A stretch of 62,000 nucleotides of DNA, taken from positions 4,282,739-4,344,738 of the forward strand of contig MU058009.1 of assembly GCA_013265495.1 (NCBI GenBank), written 5' to 3'. The notes beneath the pieces were generated by a model. The model was not told the origin of the DNA, searched no databases, and was given only the letters and a program-made list of their open reading frames with translations. Below, piece after piece: positions 1 to 13,277 of the stretch (position 1 is its first letter; the number at the start of each line of letters is the position of its first letter). The position numbers and the translations under genes were made by a program. The DNA comes from Vicugna vicugna (Eukaryota).

Positions 1-110
1 GAGGCACAGAGAGGTGCGGGCACTGGGCCAGGGCTGCCCAGCTCGCACAGGAGAGCGCGGGGTCTGGACCCCTGCCCTCTGGTGCCTCGGGCGCTGAGTA
101 GACTTTGTCC
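1..110 (-). mobile_element. MIR SINE fragment, GC-shifted
   Basis: gaggcacagagagg...cagctcgcacaggagagcgcggggtctggaccc resembles the MIR core reverse complement. Confidence 0.6.
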
Positions 111-759
111 CTCCGCCTTCATCATGCATCTCTGCGCCCACGTCCGTGCCCGGGCCTTTCTGCCCCCCCCGCGCAGGCTCCCTCTGGATGGTCATTTCTC
201 ACTGTTGATCCCAGGCAGACTCTTTGCCGAAAAGCCACTCTGACACCCACCCGCGTGCCCCTCCCCCTCGCTAACCACAGAACCTAAAGTGTGTGCGTTC
301 TAGCGTCAGTCACACACAATCCTGTGACGAATGGTGCCTTGTGAGTCAACTCTCCAGGGTGTTTATATGCACTGCTTCCCCAAACAGGTGGTAAGTTCCT
401 GGAGGGCCAACAGAATGTGTGCACTTCAGCATGTCGTTGGGGTCCCTAACCCACAGCTGTGCAGGTGGCAGGCGTTCACCCGCTGTTTGTTGAGTGACTT
501 TCGGCCTGCCTCCTCCAGGAGCCATCCTCCCTGACAAGCACGCTGGCCACCAGACGTCTGAGTGGTAGTACTTTTCTCACATCGCCTCCTCTTCCTAGAG
601 CGCCATTCCTCCTCGGAGCCGATGGATTTTACTTGCCTTCCGGGGTGTGGCTCGGGGGCCTCACATCCAGGAGCCTTCCGTGACATCCATCTCCAGGCTG
701 CTGAAGCCCGCCTCCTCTGCATTTGCCCGACGCCTTCTCTCCTATGTCACAGCGCGCTG

Positions 760-925
760 AAGGGGGTGCGTCTGTGCCTAGTTGTGCATCGCTGGACTAT
801 GAGCCTCTCGAGGACAAGCGCTGTGTCTTATAGCGTCAGGTCCTCAGTGCTGAGTGCAAGGCTGCCATCTGGAAGTGCTCCGTGAATGCTGGTAGAGAAT
901 GAACGAGTGGGTCAATGGATGAAAG
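760..925 (+). mobile_element. L2 LINE 3' end
   Basis: ctggactatgagcctctcgaggacaag...gtgctccgtgaatgctggtagagaatgaacgagtg resembles the L2 3' terminus with its (GAAT)n tail. Confidence 0.6.
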
Positions 926-3649
926 CAAACAGAGCCGTCCTGGCGTGTCTGTAACGGCCTGCCTGGTGAGACCGGGTGAGACACAGAGCGTGTCCATGGA
1001 GACGGTCCTGTCTCAGTTGGCCAACACTTTCTGATGGATGTGGACTAGCTAAGACCATAGCGCATCCTTGTCAGTTCAGTTTAATTTTAAACACCGACTG
1101 TGTGTCAGCAGTCGCCACCTAGAAGATGATGCTTCTGATCCCCTAGCATCTCAGGCACCACGCCAGCTTCATCCTCGTAATTGGGACCACACCTCTGGTC
1201 AAACCGCCTCCGCTCTGTTGCCCGAGTGGTCCGCCTTTCAGACTCATCCAGGGGCAATTTGCCACCTTCAAGCCGCACTCTGAGGCAGGGCTGAATGGCC
1301 AGCAAGCTTTCACCGACTTCTGCTTCACGAGTTGCATACTTTCCAGCGGTCGGTGGAGGGAGACAGTTCTAGATGGTTCTCCCAAGCATGAGGTGTGATC
1401 GTCTCATTTGATATACTTACTGTGCTGACAGCGCTGGCCCAGGCTCCCGGCTCCTCGGCTGGGGGACTGTCCATTGTTCTCCAGTGTATGATTAGCAGAT
1501 TAGCGTTGGTGTAAGAAGCCAAGAAAATGAACTCCCAGTAGGCCCTTCCAAAGCAAGAGCAATTCATTACCCAGCCTGATTTCCGCTTAAAATGTACTTT
1601 ACGCACACTTCCAACTACAAACACTAAATCACCCCGTGTTCGCAAAGTCCATCATTTTTTATTTTATTGCACGGCGTTGGCGTGACATAATCCCTCGCAG
1701 AGCGTCTCGGAGTGCTTTACAGATCAATAAATTACTTACCTGCGGAGCTGAGGCGATCTCCGCAAGGCCATCAGAGCAATTCTGCAGGCCGCCTGTCCTC
1801 TGGGAAACAAGCAAGGCCGGGCGGTGCCAACGGGGTGCGGATCAGGGCCACAGGCATGATTGCGGGTGGGGGCGGGGTTTCAGGAAGTGCATGTGCCAGT
1901 TAAAACTCCGAGAATGAAAGACTTCAAATTAAAATGACTCTAGAATTCGGAGAGCTTAGGCATTTGGGTCTTTCAGACAGTCAGCAAATCAAGTGTTCAG
2001 TCATTAACTCATCAATTATCTTTCTCTCCTGGAAGCTTCAATCTAGCTTGTAAAATGGTGTGGCCATAAATTGCAGGGTTGTGCTTTGGATCTTAGAGCC
2101 AGTGGTCATCCCCAGCCTTCACCACATCAGCTCTCCATTGTTTCTGTCCTGCCAGATACCTGTGAGGGAGCAGGTAAGCATGTGTGCAAGGGTGTGCACA
2201 CACACACACAGAAGCTGCCTCTCTCTACCTGCAGCCCCATGCGGATCTCAATCTAAAGATGATCAGCTGGTGCTTGCTTTATGCAGGGCACTGCATTCGT
2301 TCGAGACGCTGCTGGCCCAGCATCCTACACTGAGCTCGTTTATAGCGTAGGAGGAAGACGAGACGCCTGTAACATGAGCGGGTTTGTTTCAATGGCCTGG
2401 AGGAGGCTGTGGGCTCCCGGGAAGGAGAGGCCGCGTCCTCCTGGAGGTCGGCGGGGAGGCCTTGTGGAAGGGACGGCAGCTCAGCCAGGCCTTGAACAGT
2501 TCTGATTGGTTTAGACAGTTGGAGAAAGAGTCAAGCGACCAAAACCGGGGATTGAGGATCAGGAAACGAAAGTTCAGGCGCCCTTGTTAGTGAGGGTGCC
2601 CAGCGGGGTGGGCACGCAAGAGCTGCGGGAAGGGAAGGGACAGCTGTGAGCCGGTACGTCGCCACACCCCCTTTCCTGGAGGAGAAAATCCAGCAGCATC
2701 GGGGGCGAGTGCTGAGTGGCTCCGGGAGAGGGAGGATCACACAGAAAGCTCCACCAGTCTGACCTGCACGTGGGGGTTGCACTCCGGCCGTGCCCTCATC
2801 GGGGGAGTAAGGTGGCTGTTTGGCTTGTCTGGGGTCTCTTGCAGGCTGATGGCATTGTGTCCCGGGGGAGCACGTGTCCTGGGAAGGCACATGGCGGTGG
2901 CTCGGAGGCATACTGATTCAAGGAGACAAACTGACCTGAGGACGCCTGAAAGACCCGGACAGGGGGACCCACTTAATTTGTGAAGAACTAACATGTCAAA
3001 ACCAGTGTCAGTAGAACTGAAATGACATGTGTGTTAATGGCTCTGTTCTGAGGTTGTCACAAGCCTGTAGCTGGTCGGGGAGGCGGTTCCCTTGAACAAT
3101 CATTATCATCTCATTCTACACATATTTGTTTAATTTTTACTGGGGGTAGAAACAAAAGTAAGACCTGGCTGAAGCCGTCGAAAAGCCCATGGTCCAGCAG
3201 GGGAGAGATGCTGGGCGAGTAACCACAGCACGGTGGGAAAATGCCAAGGACTGGAGTTGGGGTGGGTAGACAACGCATGACCCCCTGACCTTATAAACCT
3301 GTTGGCAGACAAGGTAAACGAGCAGTCATATGCGAACCAAACACCACGTTCCTGGTGGTAAAGATGATCCCGGGGAATTAGGCTGAGATGTGCAGCAACG
3401 GTGAGCTTGCAGTTCTGAGCCCCAGGACGGGACAGGTGCACGGCGCTGGCTGCGGCGTGGGATGCAGCCTCCCCAGGGCACGCTGCCGGTGAAACAGCAG
3501 TGGGAGGTGCCCGGTGTGGTGCAGCTTCCGAAGGGAACCCCAGCTCCAAAACAAAAAGACTGAATGAAGTCTGGGGATCCAGCACCCAAGTTTACCAGTT
3601 GGAATGAACCCCTCCCTTCCTGGGCGAGCGTGATAGAAGATACAGAGAG

Positions 3650-4155
3650 AGAGTAAAGACCAGTGTGTTTTGACCCTCGGGGGCGTGTGATGGATCTGGG
3701 AACAGAGAAGAGAGGCAGTGGTCAGTGTGAGGTGGGCAGGGAGGGGGAGGGAAAGCTGCAACAAAGTGGCGTTTGATTCGGGTCTAAAGGGACGACTGGG
3801 AGTTTCCCAGCAAGGACATCAGGAACCATGTAAACCCCGAAGGCAGGACGGCCAGTGATGCGCTGGGGTGACAGTGGGGCAAGTGGAGGTGGGATCCTGG
3901 GGCGTCAGCGGGGACAGAGGCTGGTGCTTGCCTCTGAACGGCCCGGCTTGCGAGGATAAGGAGCTGGGGTGTTACCAGGTCGGCAGCCGGGAGCGACCGG
4001 AGGGGTCTAGGCAGAGACGCCGCTTGGTCAGAATCGCATCGTATGAGGACGCTGTGAAGGCGGCGTGGAGAACGAGTGGGCGTGGGTGGTGACGGTGGGG
4101 ACAGAGGGGGCCAGAGGCGGGGAGCAGGTACTGCAGGGCTGCGGTGCACCCGTCC
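3650..4155 (-). mobile_element. L2 LINE fragment, degraded
   Basis: Purine-rich L2-antisense-like blocks (gcgtttgattcgggtctaaagggacga; gtggagaacgagtggg; ggggagcaggtactgcagggctgcggtgc). Confidence 0.5.
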
Positions 4156-4363
4156 CTTCAGGCTCTGCGGCTGCGTTTGGACAGGAGGCACCGCAGGTCA
4201 GCTCAGGATGCCTCTTCCGTGTTGAAGGCCTTCCCCCTGGTTCCTCGTCGTCTCTGCAGCCCCTGTCCCTCAGCCCCCGCCTACTCGGCCCACTGCCATT
4301 TAGGACAACAGAGAAACGCTCCAGCAGGGCTCTCATTTCCCTTCTTCGGTCTTGTCTCCACAG

Positions 4364-4489
4364 TCTCTCCCAAAATTGTAGAGATTTCTTCGGACGTCTC
4401 CATTAACGAAGGCAACAACGTCAGCCTCACCTGCATAGCGACGGGCAGACCGGAGCCCACGGTCACCTGGCGGCACATCTCCCCCAAAG
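4364..4489 (+). CDS. NTM: Neurotrimin internal coding exon (126 bp, phase 1/1), first half of Ig domain 2: (V)[41 protein letters not shown](A)
   Basis: Translation matches recalled human/mouse NTM ([42 protein letters not shown]) except for two I->V changes. Pyrimidine tract plus cag acceptor at 4361-4363 (cttcttcggtcttgtctccacag); donor AAG|gtaaga at 4490. Ig B-strand Cys and C-strand Trp present. Confidence 0.96.
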
Positions 4490-6384
4490 GTAAGAGAGGC
4501 GGCTTGCTGCGGTGTCGCGAGACCAGGCGGGAGGTTTGCTGGCCGTGGACGGAGGTGATGGCGCTGGTGACTTGGTCCAAGTAGGCTGGTGACAAGACTC
4601 CATGGCTCTTCGTGGCCCCTAGGAGTTCAGAAGTCACGCCCGGGGGCCCTCCCGCCCCTGGGAACCTCATCCCGGATGTTTCTGGGTGACGCGGTGGTAA
4701 GATGTTCCAGGCGGTTAGATGTGCTGGTGGCGCGTGATGGCGGAACAGCCGGCTTTGGTGGTGGCGTTCGGCTGGCTGCTTTAAGAGAGAAAACACAAGC
4801 GCCCAGTGACGAGTGAGAGCTCTGAGCGGCCGTGCTCCTCGAGGAAAACTTTCCAAGCATGCGCGTCTTCACTGTTGCCAAAGGTCTGGTGGCCAGTCCA
4901 CGCGTTGCTCTGTGGTTTGGTTGTCATCCTGCTCTGGTTGGTCCTGGGAGACCCACAGGACTGCGTGCGTGCCTGAACTGCGAAATTTACTTTGTCTGGA
5001 TGTCCAGGTGTTGTGCAGACCAGACCAAGAGCTGTCTCGTGCCTTCATGGGTTGAACTTTTAGAACTTAGGGCCAGATGTCCTTTGTTAGTAAGCTAGCG
5101 TGTGTGCACGGTCCATGGTGTTATTTCAGTTGTTCTTAAATGTCTGCTGAGCGCTTGGGGGCTTAGCAATAAACCGAAGCAGACAAAGAGGCGTGAGCTC
5201 GCACTCACGAGCTCACGTTCTCCGGAGACAAATAACCAAAATGATAATAACACAATAGGAGGTGACACGGATGAGAAGACAGAGCAGGGCACGAGGTGAC
5301 ATTTGAGCAGAGGCATGACTGAAGGTCCTTAATTTCACGGCTCCTGTCCGGCCAGCATGAACAAGGCTTAGGTAAGTGTCTCTGTGTGTGCCTGACGGCG
5401 TGTGCGCTCCGAGTGGTGCGGGGTCAAAGCAGCTGAAGGAACCGCAGTGGTGGTCGTTTGCCTGCGGTTGCAGGATGGGTTCCACTAATGCAGACCCTGC
5501 AGGACGTTTGTCGGCGGTGCCCCTGGGGTCGGCCCCGGGAAAGGGGAGGGAGGGTGGCAGGTCCGTGCAGTCCATTGGAACATCTCTGCTGACCCCGCGC
5601 TGAGGTCTGGACACAGGGTGACCCTCCAGGAATGTCCTTGATTGAGGCTGTGGGGGTGGCCTCTTAGACCAGCACAGCCATCGGTCACGGAATCTGGGCT
5701 GTCCCCAGAGAGGCTGTGACCTTGGCCAGGAGTCTCTTCATAGGAGACAGTCCCCACGAGGGGCTGCAGCTTGGGGCTTCCAGCCACTGGGGCAGGCGAC
5801 CTCCGTTCCTGGGCACAGTGGAGCATCCCAGTGTCCACTACACCGGGCGTTTGGAAACCAGTCAGTTTAAAGCTGTGCCTGAGCCCCCGTAGCGAACCCC
5901 CTCCGTCGCAGTGACAGTTTGCCCTGGTAGAGGATCTCAGAGGAGGTGCGAGGTTTCCTGTGTCTGGGCTGGCGTCCCGGGCGCTGTCTCCTGCCACCCC
6001 TCCCGACACCCCTGCTGTGAGGGGAGGAATCTGAGAGCTGCTCACGTCTGCCACTCTCTCGGTTTGAAATGACCTCGCACGTGGGCTGGCCCACAGTCTG
6101 GGAGGAGGCCTCCGCTGGGCGCGAGGCCATCCGTGATGGAACGTGGGGCCAGGGCACGTCCGGAGGAGGGGCGTCCAAATGGACAGGCACTCTCGTCCGC
6201 GGTGCGCGCCATGCATCGCTGCTTAATGCCGAGCCCCCCCGGTCCTCGGGGCCGCCGGACGCCGGGGCGGCGGGTGCACTCAGGGCCGGCAGGACATTCA
6301 TCATCACCGTGGACTGCGGCCCTGTGTCCAGAGGCACTGCGCCCCCTCCCGCGGGGCCCCTCTGTCTCCCTTATGATGTTTTGG

Positions 6385-6570
6385 CTCCTCTCTCCTCCGC
6401 CCTTTCTGGGCCCTTCTCTCCTCTCTTCTTCATTTCCTTCTCCTCCTTTCTCCTTGCCTCCTCGCTCCCCTCTCTCCTGTCCCTCACGTCCCCCGTCATT
6501 CCATTTCACTCCACGCCGTCCTCCCTTTCTCCTCTCCCTCCCTCCCCGTCACTTCCGTCCCCTCTCTGGC
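6385..6570. repeat. CT-rich low-complexity (polypyrimidine) tract
   Basis: About 185 bp almost entirely C/T on the + strand. Confidence 0.8.
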
Positions 6571-7324
6571 CTTGGCGCCCCCTCCGCTCAACCCGGTGCC
6601 TTCGAGTCCTTCCCCCTGCCCGGCCGACTGGCTGCCTCGCTTCCCCAGGGGCCTCCCCTGGGCCCGGGTTGGATGCATCCGTTCTACCGGGGGTTAAGCT
6701 GCTATAGAAACAGAAGACGGATCACGGGGAGAGGAGCGGATGATCAGAATCTACCTGCAGCTCAGAGTAATTCAGACGAGCAGCTTTTTCCAGATCCCTG
6801 GTCTGGATTAGCCACCCCGGGTCCAGGCTGACGAGACAGCCAGGCGGTGACTAACCACCGCGGGGCGTCTCAGGGCGCACGCTCCGTGGCTGATTATTTG
6901 GAGATCAGAGCTGTCACTGGGCTGCTGCCAAGCCCGGGCAGAGGCTGGGGACCCTTCACAGCCAGGCCTTCATCTTTCCCCACTAAGCGGTTCCACAAGG
7001 CTGCTTATTCTCCACACGGTGGGACAGGCGTGGCTTCCTTGGAGAAAAAGATACACGCGAGCAAAGGCTCCCGGGGCCAGCAGAGGCTGCGTCTCTCTCC
7101 CCAGTCCTGTGGGCAGGCCCCGCTTCAGTCAGGGTCACCGTCACCCGCACACTCGGTAGGGCCCCGATGGAGGGTGACCCAGCCTGAGCGCTCTGGGCCA
7201 CCTTGGTGGCTTCGTGGCGGGTTCTCCCCAGACTGAGCTCTTGGCTCTGCACGTTTCTGAGACGCGCTAGTTTCCTCTATCGCAATCCGCGTGGTGCTCC
7301 TGGCTATAAGCTCATGCAAACCTC

Positions 7325-7640
7325 TTTGCTTTTTAGAAAAATTACGGAGGTGACGTTGGTCTATAACATTATATAAGGTCCACGTGTAACGCATGGTGTT
7401 CTGGCTTCTGTAAACACTACAGCGAGCTCACCACTGGACCAGTTTTCATCCATCACCATCACCACTTCACTGACCACCCCCTGCCCCGCCTCCCCTCCGT
7501 ACCAGTTACTCCGGCCTTTGTAGCCGCGCGTTTGGTTTGGTGTGTGCACTTCTTTTGCTTTTCATATGTTCCACATGGAAACGAGGTCCTGTGGCTGCTG
7601 TCCTCCTCTGCCTGGCTTGTCCCACTCAGCAAAGGTCCCA
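7325..7640 (-). mobile_element. Old L1 3' end fragment
   Basis: ggtgacgttggtctataacattatataag...ttcatatgttccacatggaaacgaggtcctgtgg...tggcttgtcccactcagca resembles an antisense L1 3'UTR/ORF2 end. Confidence 0.6.
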
Positions 7641-10600
7641 GCCTCGACCACCTTTTATGTGGAGAAGAAATGCAGAAATGTTTACCAGCAGCGTGTGAGT
7701 GGCGGCTGGTGCATCCAGATGCACAGGCGCTGGGAGTGATCTGCAGGGTTGGGGGTGCTTTCTCAGAAGGTTGTCCACCTGGCACTTCACACCAGGTGGG
7801 GAAAATGTCCCTTGTCCTCCTTCAAGACAGAGATGGAGGTGAGACTCCCAAGCGACCCCTTGGCGTCGCCATGGGTCGTGAACGATAGCGTTCCACCTGT
7901 CATACTGGTCGTGTGTCTTTTTAGATCCTCTCGTGAACTTCCAGCTCCCAGGCGTTCAAAGGGCAGGTGCATGAGTTTTGTAGAGATGCCGGCCCTCGCT
8001 GTGCACACCTGCTGTGAAGGGTACAGGTGTCGCGGGCACCTGCATGGGCCTTGGTCTTCTCAGGAGGAAGAGCCTGTCTCGCTTTCCTATGCAGGAATCC
8101 CACCCGGAGCTGCATGACTGTTCTCATGGCCCCTCCCCAAATCCCATGTGTGAGCCTGCTGCTCGGGTGCTGGAGCCCAGCCCTGGGCCCACAGCGTCCA
8201 TTAGTCAAGCTCCCTCAGCTGCGTCTACCGTGTCTTGCCGGAACGCGCAGCCCTGACCCTCTGGTCTCCCCACCTCCTCCAAGCCGTCCTCTGTTCCTCT
8301 GCGTCTTCTACGTCAACAGATACACCATCCCTTTCAGTGTATCCACAAAGAGGCTAAAGACCTCACATACCGGAGAAAAGCGTTCTCAGAGCCATTGTTA
8401 TGTCCCCAGCTTCTGTGGGCTGTCAGAGCTTCAGAGAGAAGGCTGCGAGGCCTGCGTCCCCATCATGAGGCCCGGGTGAAGGCACGAGTCTGATCACTGA
8501 TGCGTGCTCCCCTCACCACATGGGGGGTCGGGGTCCCGAGTGCCCTAATGGAGACGCCAGCTTGTGTGCACCTGCGTCAGCCTTTCTCCCATCAAATAAA
8601 ACAGTGAATATAATGATCTCACCAAGTCTGCTGAGGGGGCGCCTCCGACCTGGCCGTTGGTTGGGGCTCAGTAAGGACCAGTGGTCTGTCCCCAGAGGTG
8701 TCCTCACTTCCGATTCTTGAGTCCTTGAGACCAAGGCCTACATCTCACTTGTCTTGGCTTCGCCGCCTCCTAGCACAACGCCCAGCCCCTGGAAAGCGTC
8801 TAAGAAGCATTTGTGGATTCAGTTGACAACGATTGTGTTTGCAACACCCCGGAGGGCATGGCTGGTCTGGGTTCAAAGCCTCCATCCCGGCCCTGGGGGG
8901 CGTCTCCCCCACGTGGATGCTGCGCTCCAGACCTGCTGTGTGTCCTGCCGAAACTGCCGCTGAGTCTGCAGGGTGTTTCCTGTGGCCGTGGCAGGTCCGC
9001 CAGCCTGTCCCCAGGTCCCCTCATGCGGAGGCTGCTGCAGGGCTCGACTTCTCCTTGAAGGAATGACTCCTTGGCAAGGTCTCTTTTGCAAGGGTTGGGG
9101 AGGCCCACGAGAACCTCCGAAGGTGGGTCCTGGGCGGGCTCCCTCCGCCCTCAGCGCTGCTCGCCATGGTCACTCTCAGGACATCAGTGTTTCTCTGACT
9201 GGTGATTCACCCAGTCCTCCCGGGGTCCTTAGTCCCTTTGCCAACTCAGCCTCCCCATCCCTCCCTGTGCCTCAACCCTCAGTGGCCCCCAGCGGTGCTG
9301 TAAGCCAATCCTGGGTGATGTCAGAGAGTGAATTCAGCAGTCTGTGAAAACGCGCGGCTCCTCATGGGTTAAAAACAAACAAAAAACACTAAAAATGCAA
9401 CGAAAGAAATCAGTACAAAAAAGAGAAGTATTGTTTTAAAACCTCTCCCCTCCGCCCTCCGTGTGTGAACTCAGGTGGGGTGGAGATGGTCTGTTTCTTC
9501 CAGGGCCACACGAAGACCCCGGGGGCGGGATCAGAGCAAGACTCTCTGTCCACGGGGCTCCACGGACACCTTCTCTCTCCTCAGCCGGACGGGGCCTTCT
9601 GCAGGCCATCCCCACCCTCACCTGGGGGACAGAGTGGCCGTGCTCAGGGTCCTCTCCTCCCAGCTCAGCACTCCTGCTGTCCTCGAAGGGCCCAGTGGGC
9701 AGTGGGCCGTCCCAGCTTGTGGGTCTCACAGTTCTCAGAGGCACCAGGGGCGAGGACAGAGTGACCCTTGGAAGGGCGCTCCTGTCCCAGCCAGTGTCCC
9801 GAGCCCGGCCCTCCCCTGCGGCCCTCCCCTGGCCGCACGCCCGCCCACTTCCCGTCTGTCAGCCCTGACAGGCCGGCCACCCCGGCCAGGGAGCACTGAA
9901 GCACTAATTGGCACTGGAGGTATCACGGCTTGAGTTCAGCCGGAGCTGGCAGGCGCCAGGACTCTGGTGACAGCTCTGGGAGAGGTGTCAGGAGTGGAGC
10001 TCTGGCCACCGGCTGTGGCGACACCCTGGCACTAATGAACAGCCTGTCAGCACCGGCGTCAGGGGCCCCGTGCGGCACAGAGATCATCGGGGTGGCAGCC
10101 GAGAAGAGCATCTCCGGCAGAGCACAGCTGGGGAGGGGAGGGGAGGACGGCTAAGTGGGACTCAAGCCAGCTCCTCGCCCCCCACTGTTAACCACCAGCG
10201 CGAGGGGACCAAAGGAAATTTAAAAAGCAGGAAAGGAAGAGGCATTTGTAAAAGATCTGTCTCTATGCCAACATTGGACCACTCCTGGAATCTCGTTTTC
10301 GTGGTTGCCCTGTAATTCATGGCACAGGCTATAAATCCTCTCTGCAACAGGCCAAGGGGGCTCGGTGACTAAATTACCGCCCCAGTCATGGCCACTGTGC
10401 GGTGACACCTGGAAGTGGCCTGAGTTCCCAGGACACAGGGCCCTGCGGAGGACAGAAGGCCCTGGGAGCTGAGGACTTTGTGCCTCGTCAGGGCGGGCTC
10501 CCTGGCCAGGGGACCCACCGAGCTGCCCGTCTTGAGCTGGAGACTTAGAGTCCGGGAGAGGCAGTTCAGAGAAGGGTCCTTCCCTGTGGCGTTCTGGCCC

Positions 10601-13277
10601 CCAGCTGGCCGCGAGAAATGACTGATGTGTCCAGCCTTCTCATCTGCTTCCTGAGGATGGGTGAGAATTTTCCAGCACATCAGGCTTCTGCTTCGGGATC
10701 AAGACTGGGCCGCTCTGAGCCTTCTGGAATATCTGGCCCTTCTGTGAGGCTCTGACAACCTGCAGTGACTCCCTCCCTTGGGTGGAGGTGACCTGCCTGA
10801 AAATGATCGGTCTGAAGGCCGGGCTGGCGGATTTGACTCCCTTCCGCTACTCACTGCCCAAAGCACGCTGGGTCAGGGGTCAGCCTCTCCGAACACGTGC
10901 TTCTTTCTTGACGCCATTCTTGCTCCTTGGCGTGGCACCTGGACATTCCGTGATCTGGGCCTGCACGCCCAGCCTCCCGCTCCCCAACCCACGCGGTCAC
11001 TCCAGCGTGGTCACCACCCAGTCGGTGTCTCCCCTTTGCACTCACTTGTGCTCTTAGATCCGGATATAGTCCGTCTCCTGGAGAGCGCATTTATGACCAG
11101 GCTCAAATGACGCCAGTCCGGGAGCTGCTGCCGACCACCATCAGGCTGAGGAGCTGCTGCAGAATGCCGTCAGTCAGGCTGAGCGGCCCGCCCTTCCTCC
11201 CAGGGCCCGCAGCGCTTTGCCTGGGGCGATGCTTGCAGCCGCTGCTGGCTGTGAGGCCCTCCTGTGTCCGCCGGGTCAGGAGAGCAGCGCCAGGCCCCGC
11301 GCGGTGGCTTTGCGGGCCACACACCAGTGGCGGGCCTTGTGGGGGATCGTGAAGGAGAAAGCGTCCAGTGATGTAGAGCCGGCATTTTTCTTCCCTTTTT
11401 AAAATGGACTCTTTCTGGCGCATAATTTAAAACAAAATCAGGCTTGGCGAGTCATGGGTAAGATACAGGCGCTCCACCCCCGCGACGTCATGTGTTTCCC
11501 AAACCCACCAAAGGAATCTCTGAGAAGAGGCTCCCTCTGAGAAGAGGAAGGCCCCGACCGAGCCTCGGACTCTTCATCTGCAAAACGGAGGTAACGAAGC
11601 CTCCGCGGCGCGTGTGACGGGATCGGTCAGGCTGCAGGGCCGAGGGCCCGGCCTATGCGTCGCACAGCTGGGGCCCAGCCCCGGAAGCTCCCATCACCTG
11701 GGCGCCGGCCCCTTGCTCCTCACTCCCCATTCAGGAGGCAAAAACCAAAGGGAAGAAATAAAAAGTCTTTTCTGTGAAAAGGCTGAATCCTTACCAAAGC
11801 CGCAGCTCAGTCAGCTGCCAGAAGAGACAGACATTCAAAGCACGTCCCTGACCCCCACGACTTTCTAATTAACGTAGGTGCTCGATTAAAATTCCCAGAG
11901 CACCCCCAGGCAGCTGTCCCAGGAGGGACAAGTAGTTGCTAGCGCACAGGGTATTGCAGTGTCATCAATGGGGGGAGGGAGAAATAATTGCATCGTAATG
12001 GAAAGTGGCAGATCTCCCGTCCAGAGCAGCGGGGGAGCACACGGCCCAGGCGGTCCAGAGAAAGCGATAAACTGGTGGTCCAACCTCAGATGCGGGGCAG
12101 AGCGATCCAGCGACTTGTGAAGCCAGTGGTTTAAACACAGACCAAGGAGGCAGAGAAGAGAGTGGAGGGAGACACTTATAGATCACTCTTTAACTCCGTA
12201 ATTCTCTGTAACTGGAAAATTACAGCTAGATAGATACGTTGAGGGCAAAATTTGCCAATGTCAATAAGCGTTTTTGTAAGTTTAATATTTATGATCCGGT
12301 TTAAAGCAATATTAGAGCCGTGCAACCTCCTACTTCAAAGGAGAGAAAAATCATAAAAAGACTAGTGGGGAAATTAATGAGTTCAACGTGCTTCAACTGA
12401 GAACATATGAAATCCGGCCTCAGTCGAGAAAGCAGGGGCAGGAGTGCAGACCGCAGGCGCTGTTTGTGGTTTTACCAATTATTTTAAAGCCCTTGAAAAA
12501 TGTGGTAGAATCAGATGTCGGCTGAATCCAGGCCCTGCTCGCAACACCTCCCCCACGTTCTCCTGAGCTGAGGCTATTTGTGGGGGTTCTTGGTGACCGT
12601 CACCATGCAGAGAGGTTTGGATGGAAAGGAAAAGGAAATATAAAAGCCAGGAGATAGCGTTGTCTTCCCCGCAGAAGCTCACCAGCCCAGGCTCGGTTGT
12701 CACAAAGGCTGCCTTAAACGGCAGCCCCTCCAGGCCGGGGGACCCCGTCTCTGAGGAGCAGCATGACAGGCAGCTCATCGGGGGTCCCGCGCACAACGGC
12801 CCCAGGAACCTTCTGGCCAGGGAGCCCCTGCAGACCAGCTGGAGGCTTCGGGAACTCCACGGCCAGGACCCACCAGGAGCTGCCCGGGGAACCTGGAGGA
12901 AGTCTCCCATCGGAACGTCCCTGCAGCAGGGGCTTCGCCGTGGAGCTCTGACTTTGCACCTGCTTTTACACCCCCGTGATGACTGCTCTTTCCCTGGAGT
13001 CTCGGTGGCAGTCCCTGTCCTCCGAGAGTAACAATAGCCACGAGTCCGTGGATGTTTAAAAATGAGCTGAGCGCTCCTCTAAACGGGGACCCTCGTCGTG
13101 TGCGCTCTTCACAGAGGTGTGAGACAGGCCCTGCGACAAGCATCTCACCACGATGAGGGCCGAGGCTTGGAGAATCACCGCCGAGGGCCCAGGGCCTCAC
13201 TGCTCGGAGTCGCAGAGCTGAAACCCCACCCACGGCAGTGTCTCCAGAGCGCACGTGCTTAACCGCCAGGCTGCTGA

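Noticed and set aside
5485..6831. Overlapping 150-240 aa ORFs on both strands
   Set aside because: Explained by stop-codon depletion in GC-rich and polypyrimidine low-complexity sequence.
6883..6922. Peptide SVADYLEIRAVTG resembling the next NTM exon (EDEYLEIQGITR)
   Set aside because: Only YLEI matches; there is no suitable acceptor and no downstream SGDYEC motif, so it is a chance similarity.
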